This document shows positions 49,268 to 58,224 of a DNA stretch of 64,000 nucleotides, in pieces. This DNA comes from Spirochaetota bacterium (lineage in GTDB: Bacteria > Spirochaetota > UBA12135 > COTS27): contig AP019861.1 of the NCBI GenBank assembly GCA_013426755.1, forward strand, positions 1,383,527 to 1,447,526. The letters are read 5' to 3'. Both the position numbers and the translations under genes were made by a program. How positions within the stretch are numbered: position 1 is the stretch's first letter; every line of letters begins with the position of its first letter. Below the pieces are notes generated by a model, which was not told the DNA's origin, ran no database searches, and saw only the letters and a list, made by a program, of their open reading frames with translations.

Positions 49268-49295
49268 ACGGTGTCATCTTTAAAAGATTGATATG
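49268..49295. repeat. Right copy of the 28-bp direct repeat, 160 bp downstream of the MTase-HNH stop
   Basis: acggtgtcatctttaaaagattgatatg, 1462 bp from the left copy. Confidence 0.75.
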
Positions 49296-49319
49296 CGATT
49301 AAAATAAGTCAAGTCTTAT

Positions 49320-49389
49320 TAATGCATTATTAACAGAGCACAAAACACTTGACTTTTTGCCAAATTTTAGTTATACTAATAATGCATTG
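49320..49389 (+). promoter_or_regulatory. Near-consensus sigma70 promoter bracketed by two copies of a 10-bp palindrome (putative operators)
   Basis: TTGACT (49349-54), 17-nt spacer, TATACT (49372-77). The palindrome TAATGCATTA sits at 49320-29 and TAATGCATTG at 49380-89, 60 bp apart. Confidence 0.55.
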
Positions 49390-49430
49390 TTAAAAATACA
49401 TCATTAAAATCATTTCATGCATACCGATTG

Positions 49431-49510
49431 GCTAATTTAGACCTCGACTCACATTTTATCAGTCAATTCAGCTAATTTAGACCTCAATTTACACTTTATC
49501 AGTCAATTTT
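49431..49510. repeat. 40-bp tandem repeat (~2.3 copies) in the leader of the Panacea-like gene
   Basis: gctaatttagacctcgactcacattttatcagtcaattca, then gctaatttagacctcaatttacactttatcagtcaatttt, then a partial copy actttatcag. Confidence 0.85.
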
Positions 49511-49686
49511 ACTTTATCAGCCCATTCACACTTCATCAATTAATTAACACATTCAATTAATTAACGCATCTCAGTTTAATAAAATCATTCTCGAATTATA
49601 TTCAGTTTTATCGCATCAAAGTGATTTGAATTGGGTACTGAGGGAATAACTAAAGAAAACGCTAATTTTAGTTGATATAATTTTCA

Positions 49687-50262
49687 TTGGAGGAAGAAAT
49701 GACGATGGAAACAAAGCAAAATACAGAAAAGACTATTGACAGGTCTAATACTAAAACGATCGATGACGATAAACCTGCCCTCTACACACCCTCGCACATT
49801 GCTAACTACTTTTTAGCAAAGAAAAACCATGATATTGATAATTTGAAGCTAAACAAGCTTGTGTACATTTCTTACGGATGGGGGACCGCGATTGGAATAG
49901 AACTATTCGATGAACCTATACAAGCATGGAAATTAGGGCCTGTTATTCCTTCGCTTTATCATGAGTTTAAACATTTTGGAAGCAAAATTATAACTGAAAT
50001 GTCTAAAATATATAACCTTAAAGAAAATGAGGTTATCATTCCCGAAGTAGAAAAAGGTACTGACAGTTTTACATTATTAAAAAAAATTGCAGATAATTAC
50101 GGTAAGATAAGTTCTCTCGATCTTGTAGATATCACTCATCGCGAGGATACTCCGTGGAATAAAACATACTACGATGAAAAGGTTTATAAACATACTAATA
50201 AATTTCATTTAGAAATACCCAAGGACGTCATAAAAGAATATTATTCGAGTTATAGGAAATAA
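49687..50262 (+). CDS. Panacea/DUF4065 (GepA/SocA-like) domain protein, candidate antitoxin
   Basis: IANYFLAKK ... LKLNKLVYISYGWGTAIGIELFDEPIQAWKLGPVIPSLYHEFKHFG is the pattern I associate with DUF4065. The track start is TTG 49687. ATG 49699 or ATG 49705, after GGAGGA (49689-94), is more likely. Confidence 0.7.
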   Translation: MEEEMTMETKQNTEKTIDRSNTKTIDDDKPALYTPSHIANYFLAKKNHDIDNLKLNKLVYISYGWGTAIGIELFDEPIQAWKLGPVIPSLYHEFKHFGSKIITEMSKIYNLKENEVIIPEVEKGTDSFTLLKKIADNYGKISSLDLVDITHREDTPWNKTYYDEKVYKHTNKFHLEIPKDVIKEYYSSYRK

Positions 50263-50299
50263 CTAGTCATTAACGAATAAGATACCAAGAAAAATAGAA

Positions 50300-50746
50300 A
50301 TGGGAAATCCAAAATTAGACCTAGAAGAACTCATGAGAAGGGAAATTAGTGCACAGAGAGACCAGCGTGCTTCCCAATCAGATAATTTCAGAGAAGAATA
50401 CAAACGTAAACGTGCTGAAGGCGTTGCTTCCGCAAGAGCAAATTACGGTCATGCTTCCCAACAAGAAATAAAAGAATTAAGGGAGTCTAAAAAACAAGAA
50501 GAAAAGGACAAAAGAGACTATAGGAGAATAGAAATATTACGAGACGTAATAATGTGGAGTCTTATACTTCTAGGTATTGCCCTTTCTTTAGGTTTACTAT
50601 TATTTTTTCTGTCTAGATGTACCGATATTGGAGCTGCCTTAACCGACACAAGAACTGAATTTCATTTCTTAAGTCTGCTCACTGCTGGACTGCTCGCCAT
50701 TATCACTACCTGTATAGGTCTGATAGGAGGTTCTTCTATAAAATAG
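50300..50746 (+). CDS. Unknown 148-aa protein: charged helical N-terminal half plus two C-terminal TM helices (candidate membrane toxin)
   Basis: The gene starts 37 bp downstream of the Panacea-like gene on the same strand. The N-terminal ~85 aa are E/K/R/Q-rich. The predicted TM helices are IMWSLILLGIALSLGLLLFFL and FLSLLTAGLLAIITTCIGLIGG. Confidence 0.55.
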   Translation: MGNPKLDLEELMRREISAQRDQRASQSDNFREEYKRKRAEGVASARANYGHASQQEIKELRESKKQEEKDKRDYRRIEILRDVIMWSLILLGIALSLGLLLFFLSRCTDIGAALTDTRTEFHFLSLLTAGLLAIITTCIGLIGGSSIK

Positions 50747-50931
50747 ACTGTCACGCTACCTTATATAAGTCGCTCAGTCAATACATAAGTCGTTCAATAA
50801 TACGTCGTTCAATAATACAATTTTATCTATCTTTATCCATATCTTAATTTATCCTAACCATATTACTTACTATTTCTTTAATTTTACTGGTTTTCTAATA
50901 ATTTACAATTGCTGGAGCAGATGATCTATCC

Positions 50932-52380
50932 ATGAAAATACTAGAAACAGAATGTCTCGTCATAGGCGGTGGTCCTGGTGGCTACACAGCGGCATTTTAT
51001 GCTGCTGATCACAATATTAAAACAACCCTCATCGAACGCTACCCCAGACTAGGCGGCGTTTGTCTCAATGTCGGGTGTATTCCTTCTAAAGCCCTACTCC
51101 ATTTAGCAGCCCTTAAAGAAGAGACTAAAGAATTGGAAACTATAGGTATTGGTAGCAAGGATTTTAAAATCAATCTAGCCAAAACACGTACGCATAAAGG
51201 TAACATTGTTCAAAAACTCACAGGCGGTCTCAATCAACTCGCCAAAGCACGCAAAGTAAATGTTATAAACGGTGTTGCTACATTCATTGACGCTAACAAT
51301 GTGCTCGTGAAAGAGAATAACGAGGAAACTCGCATTGTCTTCAACCAAGCTATCATTGCCGCAGGATCACGACCCATTATTCCTAAAAGCTTAGCACTAA
51401 ATACCGATCGCGTTATGACCAGTACAGGCGCACTAGACTTAAAAGATATTCCAGAAAAATTGCTTGTCATAGGTGGCGGTATCATAGGTATGGAAATGGG
51501 CTACGTCTACGCTAGCTTTGGCTCTGCTGTCACAATGGTCGAAGCATTACCACACATTGGCACAGGAATTGACCGCGACGTCTTTACGCCGCTAGAAAGA
51601 AAATTGAAACGGTTGTTTAAAAGCATTCAACCCAATACAACCGTCAGCAAAATAACCCAAAAAGGCAATAAAATCATTGCCACATTCACTCCCAACGAAC
51701 CTAAAAGTGCTGCTGACAATAGTTCTCATAGTTCCCAAAATACTACAGCAGAATTTGATCGCGTCCTGGTCTCAGTTGGCAGAAGAGCCAATAGCGATCT
51801 CTTAGACCTTGAAAAAGCCATGGTTCATACAGACGATCACGGTTTTATCAAAGTTGATAACCAATTGCGTACCAATGTCTCAAATATTTATGCAATTGGC
51901 GATATTGTAGGAAACCCAATGCTCGCTCATAAAGCGAGTAGAGAAGCGCACATTGCTGTCGAGGCGCTTATGGGAAAGAAGACCACTTTTGATAACATTG
52001 TCATTCCCAATGTCATTTATACCGACCCTGAAGTCGCTTGGGCTGGCATGACTGAAGCTGAAGTTAAAGAACAAAACATCCCTTATAAAACAGGTGTTTT
52101 TCCATGGGCTGCCTCAGGCCGGGCACTGGCTATCGGAAAAACAGCGGGAACGACCAAAATTATTTTTCATAGCGAGACAGAACGCTTGCTAGGAGTGGCC
52201 ATGTGCGGCACAGGTGCTGGTGAATTGATTGCTGAAGCTGTGCTAGCTATCGAAATGGGGGCTGTTGTCTCAGACATTACAGAAACCATTCATGCGCATC
52301 CTACCCTTTCTGAAACCTTTTTAGAAGCCGCTGAAGCAGGACATGGGCTCTCTACCCATTATTTCAGTAGAAAGAGATAA
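50932..52380 (+). CDS. lpdA: Dihydrolipoyl dehydrogenase (E3)
   Basis: GGGPGGYTAAFYAA FAD motif, redox disulfide GGVCLNVGCIPSKALL, NAD motif GGGIIGMEMG, C-terminal HAHPTLSE. Confidence 0.95.
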   Translation: MKILETECLVIGGGPGGYTAAFYAADHNIKTTLIERYPRLGGVCLNVGCIPSKALLHLAALKEETKELETIGIGSKDFKINLAKTRTHKGNIVQKLTGGLNQLAKARKVNVINGVATFIDANNVLVKENNEETRIVFNQAIIAAGSRPIIPKSLALNTDRVMTSTGALDLKDIPEKLLVIGGGIIGMEMGYVYASFGSAVTMVEALPHIGTGIDRDVFTPLERKLKRLFKSIQPNTTVSKITQKGNKIIATFTPNEPKSAADNSSHSSQNTTAEFDRVLVSVGRRANSDLLDLEKAMVHTDDHGFIKVDNQLRTNVSNIYAIGDIVGNPMLAHKASREAHIAVEALMGKKTTFDNIVIPNVIYTDPEVAWAGMTEAEVKEQNIPYKTGVFPWAASGRALAIGKTAGTTKIIFHSETERLLGVAMCGTGAGELIAEAVLAIEMGAVVSDITETIHAHPTLSETFLEAAEAGHGLSTHYFSRKR

Positions 52381-52527
52381 TTGCATATGTAAAAATTGAC
52401 ATGTAAATAAAGATTACTCCTTACCCAAGTGGTTTTTATTGAAAACTCGCTTAGAAAACTCGCTTAGAATATTTAAAGATTGTTGTTCTTAGCTTGTTTC
52501 CTTAGGCTATTTCCTTAGATTCTTAAA

Positions 52528-53943
52528 TTAAGAAGCCAATAAATAAGCTCTTATACGTGAATAAAGCGAACTCAAACCTATTGTATTAAGATCACTTGCT
52601 GTTAACCAGCGCCTGAGTTTCGTCTCTGTCACAGACGATGAGGTTTGATTGAGAACTGTTTGCTTGGCATTTAGAATTTTTGAATCATCATCAAATTTAG
52701 CTTGAAAAACAACTACGGTAGCACGGTATCGTGTGTACGAAGACTTGAATGTCTGTAGGGCACGGTCAATCTTCAACTTCAAGCCTAATTGGGTGCGTAC
52801 GAACCGCTCAAAATCCTGATGAGTAAGATTATCATGTGGCATGTGGTGCTCTAAGGTAGGAAATTCCCACATTCCGCTAAGTCGTTCTTTCTTAGAACGT
52901 TTAAGTAAAAGATATCTGCCGCGATGCTTAATAATAAATACAGATGAATACACATGCTCCGTTTTGGGTTGCTTTTTCAATTTAGGTAAAGCAAGCACTT
53001 CTCCCCTCTGATAAGCCACACATGATTTCATCAAGGGACAGACCCACTCTTTCTTATTCAATTGCTTGACAACACGAGTGTGTTCACGAGCGTGTTTATT
53101 AGGATTTACAGAGCCTTTAGCATGATCTTGAGTGCAGTATTTATGATCATGCTCTGCTAGAAGATGGTTTGTTGTTTGAAAAAGTCCATTATTTTTACTT
53201 GATAGTGTTAAACAACGCGGCTCTCGTGCTTTGCAGACAATAGAACCGAACTCCATCATTGCTTCATTAAAGACTGCACATTTACTACCGCGCCTAGGAA
53301 GTAACATTTCCATTTTCTTCCAAACAGCCGAACCATACTGTGCCAATACGCTTTTATCCGCATTTAATCCGTAATAACGACTGAGTACTCGTACGATATT
53401 CCCATCTACAACAGCCGCACGCTTATGATAAGAAAATGAAAGAATTGCTCCTGCTGTATAAGGACCAATCCCAGCTATATCAAGAAGTTTAGCACGGTCT
53501 ATAGGAAAAATGCCTGTGTGATCATTGACGAGTGATTTTGCTCCCTCCAATAACGATCTAAGACGCCTGTAATAACCAAGTCCCTGGAAATAAACTAACG
53601 CCTCTTCGTAACTAGCCTGAGAGAGGCTTTTTACACTGGGAAACCGCTTCATCCATCTTTGATAATACGGCAGAACCGTAGCGATTTGCGTCTGCTGGAG
53701 CATCGTTTCTAATATCCACACCGCATAAGGATCGCGTTTCTTATGGACATTCCTTCCCCCAGTCAATGACCGCCATGGCAATTTGCGTTTCTCATCTGAA
53801 AACCATTGCAGAAATTCCGTCATTGGAAATACGGATACTTCTTCATTGTTCTCATTGTTTTTATTGTTAGCAGTTGTAGGATTGGGCTTTTTCTTAGGCA
53901 TGACCCAGCGATCTGAACGCATTGATTTATTTTTTAGACTCAT
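52528..53943 (-). CDS. mutY: A/G-specific adenine DNA glycosylase with an insertion in the Fe-S cluster loop
   Basis: LPWR, ILETMLQQTQIATVLPYYQRWMKRFPSV, GLGYYRRLR, IAGIGPYTAGAILSFSY, VDGNIVRVLSR, and a NUDIX-like C-terminal domain (GMWEFP). The Cys ligands are C237-x6-C244, then 57 aa, then C302-x5-C308, where E. coli has C-x6-C-x2-C-x5-C. The N-terminal ~40 aa are low complexity, so the true start may be Met41. Confidence 0.85.
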   Translation of the reverse strand: MSLKNKSMRSDRWVMPKKKPNPTTANNKNNENNEEVSVFPMTEFLQWFSDEKRKLPWRSLTGGRNVHKKRDPYAVWILETMLQQTQIATVLPYYQRWMKRFPSVKSLSQASYEEALVYFQGLGYYRRLRSLLEGAKSLVNDHTGIFPIDRAKLLDIAGIGPYTAGAILSFSYHKRAAVVDGNIVRVLSRYYGLNADKSVLAQYGSAVWKKMEMLLPRRGSKCAVFNEAMMEFGSIVCKAREPRCLTLSSKNNGLFQTTNHLLAEHDHKYCTQDHAKGSVNPNKHAREHTRVVKQLNKKEWVCPLMKSCVAYQRGEVLALPKLKKQPKTEHVYSSVFIIKHRGRYLLLKRSKKERLSGMWEFPTLEHHMPHDNLTHQDFERFVRTQLGLKLKIDRALQTFKSSYTRYRATVVVFQAKFDDDSKILNAKQTVLNQTSSSVTETKLRRWLTASDLNTIGLSSLYSRIRAYLLAS

Positions 53944-54033
53944 AGTACTTCAAAATTGCCAGAACTCCCAGAACTCCAATTTCCAGAGCTAAAAACGTCC
54001 CAGAACTAAGAGCGTATTACCTAACATTCTCAT

Positions 54034-55266
54034 TTACCTAACATTCTCATTTTTGAAAAAATCAGCAATGCTAGCAACAACATCTTTAAGGTCTGATTCT
54101 AGTAGTAAATCATTCAAACTAAGACGAATACGCGCACAATTTCTACGAACAGTCGGCGGACGAATAGCCGGAGCCCAGATTCCATTACGGCGCAGATGAT
54201 TTGAAAGAGCTAACGCCACTTCACTGCTGCCTACAGTAACTGGAATAATCGGAGACGTAGCCGCTAACATCTCCGTATGAATTATTGACGGATTAGCCGT
54301 ATGATGCTTAAGTTCATCCTTAAGTGCTTTTCTAAGAAAAATTGATTTTCTAATAAGCGATTTCCCTAATTCAGGATGGCTACGAATAATCTTAATGCTC
54401 TCAAAAATAGTCCCCAACACCACGGGTGCTAAAGCTGTCGAATAGATAAAACTGCGCATTGTATTAATAAAATGTTCAGTCATAACAGATGTCGCAGCAA
54501 TATAAGCTCCCCCCACACCAACAGATTTACCAAACGTTCCCACACTTATAACATTAGGATAATCTTTAAATCTAAACTCCCTAGAAAAACCCGATCCCTC
54601 AACCCCATATACGCCTAAAGCATGCGCTTCATCTATATAACAAAGAACATCATACTTCTTAGCTAACATTAAAATATCTAAAATAGGCGCCAGATCACCG
54701 TCCATTGAAAAAACAGCCTCCGTTAAAACCACAATGTGCCAAACTTCCTTATCGTTATGATATTTAATAAGTAACCGCTCTAGGTCTATTAAATCATTGT
54801 GTTTAAAGCTTTCCCACTTCTTGCCCGTAGCTCTAACACCATCGATCATTGAGGCATGCACTAACCTGTCAAATAAAAAAATTGTACGTCTCTGGCTCAC
54901 TGCAAGTGACTGCATAACCGCTACATTGATAGCATAGCCACTAGAAAGAACTAACGCTCGGTCCATATCTTTCCACTCAGCAATCAAATCTTCCACTTGC
55001 CTGTAAAGAGTAGAATTGCCGAGAATAAGTCGCGATGAACAATTTCCCGTCCCTTTATCAAGATAAGACCGCACACGCGCTATCAATGCCGCATTCACCG
55101 ACAATCCTAAGTAATCATTAGAACCTACATTGAGGTAACGAATGCCTTCTATCCAGACATAACGTCCCGTATAAGCTGTAACAGAATTGAGAGTTCGAAA
55201 CTCAGACCTAGCTTTCAACTCCTTAGCTCTTATCTTAAGGTCTGCTATAAAAGCTGTCGCACTCAT
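54034..55266 (-). CDS. bioF: 8-amino-7-oxononanoate synthase-like PLP enzyme (alpha-oxoamine synthase family)
   Basis: NVGSNDYLGLS, HASMIDG, DEAHALGVYGVEGSG, PLP-lysine motif GTFGKSVG. I assign BioF because bioC and bioD are in the window; Kbl or another alpha-oxoamine synthase is not excluded. Confidence 0.65.
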   Translation of the reverse strand: MSATAFIADLKIRAKELKARSEFRTLNSVTAYTGRYVWIEGIRYLNVGSNDYLGLSVNAALIARVRSYLDKGTGNCSSRLILGNSTLYRQVEDLIAEWKDMDRALVLSSGYAINVAVMQSLAVSQRRTIFLFDRLVHASMIDGVRATGKKWESFKHNDLIDLERLLIKYHNDKEVWHIVVLTEAVFSMDGDLAPILDILMLAKKYDVLCYIDEAHALGVYGVEGSGFSREFRFKDYPNVISVGTFGKSVGVGGAYIAATSVMTEHFINTMRSFIYSTALAPVVLGTIFESIKIIRSHPELGKSLIRKSIFLRKALKDELKHHTANPSIIHTEMLAATSPIIPVTVGSSEVALALSNHLRRNGIWAPAIRPPTVRRNCARIRLSLNDLLLESDLKDVVASIADFFKNENVR

Positions 55267-55484
55267 TGAAATGGATTACAATTGATTACAATTGATTATG
55301 TTTGGGTTAGATTAATTATTTTGATTGGATAGTGTTATGCATTTCACGTGTTTATACGCTGCGCGGCAATTTGAATATCAAGGGCTTTAGAATAAATAAA
55401 CCACACGTCAAATTGAGTACCAAGTGCTTTAAGAATAATAATCGTATGAATCAAACATAATACAAATTTAAAGCTTTTATGGAA

Positions 55485-55897
55485 ATTATACCCTCAATTA
55501 TACCCCAATTGTACCCCAATTGTACCCCAACTGCCCCCCATTTATACGCCAATTATACCCCAATTGTACCTCAACTGTCCCCCATTTGTACACCAATTAT
55601 ACCCCCAATTGTATTCTAATTGTATTCTCTAATTGTATTCTAACTGCATGTTAATGGGTAGCGTTCCACTTTGCTTGTTTACCATAAAGAACCATTATCA
55701 AAAAGCTATTGTCAGAGAAATCATAACTGTTAAGGAATTTGTACCCCAATTGCACCCCAATTGTAACCTAATTGCCCTAATTGTAGCTTAATTGCATCCC
55801 AATTATAGCCCCATTATAACCTACCGCACCCCAATTATAGCCCAATTGCACCTTAATTATAGCCCAATTATAACCTAATTGCCTCCCAATTGTAGTC
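55485..55897. repeat. Two ~257-bp higher-order units built of ccccaattgta-type 10-12-bp repeats; the first unit ends with a degenerate copy of the EamA gene's 3' end
   Basis: taactgcatgttaatgggtagcgttccactttgcttgtttaccataaag (55641-) compares with taactgcatattaatgggtagtgatccgttttttttgtttgccataaaa (55898-), which is the stop plus the last codons of the 55908-56867 CDS. Confidence 0.8.
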
Positions 55898-55907
55898 TAA
55901 CTGCATA

Positions 55908-56867
55908 TTAATGGGTAGTGATCCGTTTTTTTTGTTTGCCATAAAAAGCGATTGCTAACGAAATCACAATAGCCATTCCTCCCCATAAATGATAAAACTC
56001 AAATCTCTCACCCAGAAAGATAATTCCTCCTAAAGACGCAAACAATGGAAGCAAATTAAGTGATAAACCGCTCAAATTAGCCCCCGCAACCTCAACACAC
56101 CGATTCCAAATCCGATATGCCACCACAGATGCCAGTATTGCAACATAAAGAATAAACCCTACGCCACTTAGTTTAATTGGCTGAATGACAGAAGTTGCCG
56201 CTGTAAAATCACCTAAGGTTAACCCTATTCTATACAAAAAGTAAGGTAATAGCAAAAACCATCCTACCATTACGATAGAACAAAGCAACACCTGTGGAGG
56301 TACTTTTCTAAGTAATAACGGCACCCAAACAGAATAAATCGCCCATACTAAAGCAGAACTAACCGCAAACAGATCCCCCACATTAAACTCAAAGCCTTTA
56401 AAGATTTCAATGTCTCCCCTAGCCAGAATAATAGCCACTCCGCAAAAAGATATCACCAAAGCAAGCCATTCAATACTAAGCGGAGTCACCCGAAAAAATA
56501 CCCACGTCATAAGTATAATCATTAACGGAATAATAGAATTGATAAATGCCGCATTAAGGGCAGTCGTCTGTTCTAGACCGTAGTAAAGTAGCGTGTTAAA
56601 ACCTGTCACACCCGTTATAGCAAGTAAACATACCAATCCTTTATGATTCCACAGAATACGAACATAACTCAGAGTTTGTCTTCCATATAAACTCCACACA
56701 ACAACCAATACCAAACTCCACCTAAAAAACGCCAAGTCATACGGATAAAAATCCTCCCTAAAATAACGTGCTAAAATAAAATTGCCTGCCCATAACAACG
56801 ACGGGACGCATAACAACGTCCATTTATACAGACCCGATCTCAATTTTACTGCCATTATCTTTTTCAT
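55908..56867 (-). CDS. EamA/DMT-superfamily transporter
   Basis: 319 aa with ~10 predicted TM helices in two repeated halves, typical of EamA-domain proteins. Confidence 0.75.
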   Translation of the reverse strand: MKKIMAVKLRSGLYKWTLLCVPSLLWAGNFILARYFREDFYPYDLAFFRWSLVLVVVWSLYGRQTLSYVRILWNHKGLVCLLAITGVTGFNTLLYYGLEQTTALNAAFINSIIPLMIILMTWVFFRVTPLSIEWLALVISFCGVAIILARGDIEIFKGFEFNVGDLFAVSSALVWAIYSVWVPLLLRKVPPQVLLCSIVMVGWFLLLPYFLYRIGLTLGDFTAATSVIQPIKLSGVGFILYVAILASVVAYRIWNRCVEVAGANLSGLSLNLLPLFASLGGIIFLGERFEFYHLWGGMAIVISLAIAFYGKQKKRITTH

Positions 56868-56899
56868 TCCCCTCAGCGAAATAACCGCACACAGCCCAA

Positions 56900-57262
56900 T
56901 ATTGCTATACTTATTACCTCATATTCGTTTCTTCCTAGTATTGCTCTATCTATTACCGCATGTTCATCTTTTCCTGGTATTTCTTCATCCACTATCTCGT
57001 GTTCATTTTTTATTGGTATTGCTCTATTTACTACCTCATATTCGTTTCTTCCTAGTATTGCTCTATCTATTACCGCGTGTTTATCTTTTTTGGTATTTCT
57101 CCATCCACTATCTCGTGTTCATTTTTTATTGGTATTGCTCTACTTATTACCTCATGTTTGTTTTTTCCCAATATTGCTCTATCTATTACCGCATGTTCAT
57201 CTTTTCCTGGTATTTCTCCATCCACTATCTCGTGTTTATTTATCTCGTGTTCATTTTTTAAT
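56900..57262. repeat. 39-bp sub-repeat x9, organised as three 117-bp higher-order units, directly upstream of the EamA gene
   Basis: Sub-units start at 56900, 56939, 56978, 57017, 57056, 57094, 57133, 57172 and 57211. They come in three types: tattgct-t-ttattacctcat..., tattgctctatctattaccgc..., and tatttct-catccactatctcgtg... Confidence 0.9.
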
Positions 57263-58064
57263 TATTTTTAACCGGCTTAAAGTAAATTTCTAAACACAAA
57301 ACTCTTTTTAAATGAATCTAGATATATGCACGTATTCCTGCTTTTTATACCAGTATTAACTTCCTTTATCATCCTATTAATCCTGTCTTATTACCCTATT
57401 AATCTGCTTTATCATCCTAATATACCCTTTTTGTTTTATACGTCTTTTGTTCTTAAAAAAACTCCTAATAAACAATGCTTCTAACATTCCTGCTCCAATA
57501 TTTTTTTCATTCGCTAAGAATTCTTTGATATTACCATTTCGTGTAGAAATAATTTCATATAATTATTATTTCATATAAATATCATTCTCTCTCATATTAA
57601 ATCATTCTCTTATATTAGAATATTTTATTACATAGGGCACCCTATTTATGTAGGGTATTTTATTATACAAGGCATTTTATCACCTATTTATGTAAGGTAT
57701 TTTTATTACATAATTTTTTTATCACTTATAATTGACACTATACAATTATTAATAATATACGGCTATTGATAATATACGGTTATTGATAATATGCAGTTAT
57801 TAAGTGCCCTATTTCACTTTTAATGTTATAATTGTATCGAACATTAATTAAAGATAGACATTACCACTCGTGAACACCCATATTTCAATAGTATATCTTA
57901 CATTTAAAGCCATAAAAAATACTAAACTAACCCTAAAACTAAACACTAAATTAAACAAATACCATAAATGACTACTTTCTTACCATAAAAATTAGTACAT
58001 TCTTATTATAAAGATTTTTGCTTTCCTACCATAAAGATTTTTAATGGCAGACAATCATTTTAAT

Positions 58065-58178
58065 ATAGTGTTTTAGAGTAGTATTTTAGTAGCATTTTAA
58101 TAGTGTTTTAGTGGTATTTTAACAGTGTTTTGATAGTATTTTAGTAATGTTTTAGTAGTGTCTTAATAGCCATTTTAA
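58065..58178. repeat. 11-12-bp tandem repeat x~10 (tagtgttttag type) upstream of hisI
   Basis: atagtgttttag agtagtattttag tagcattttaa tagtgttttag tggtattttaa cagtgttttga tagtattttag taatgttttag tagtgtcttaa. Confidence 0.85.
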
Positions 58179-58224
58179 AGTTTTATCGCCGTAAGAAACA
58201 TCGTAAAATCATTGCAAGACTCAA

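Noticed and set aside
49431-49510. A type III toxin-antitoxin-like RNA repeat array (as in ToxI) upstream of a protein gene.
   Set aside because: There are only ~2.3 copies. The downstream protein looks like a Panacea/DUF4065 protein, not a ToxN/AbiQ endoribonuclease. Private tandem repeats occur in virtually every spacer here, so the prior for a specific function is low.
56782-57293. Three overlapping ORFs (159, 64 and 67 aa) upstream of the EamA gene; also the 95-aa ORF at 21455-21742 and the ORFs at 42374-42611.
   Set aside because: They lie wholly in tandem repeats whose period (39 or 51 bp) is a multiple of three, which keeps frames open by chance. The peptides are repetitive (LLYLLPH...) and no SD is present.
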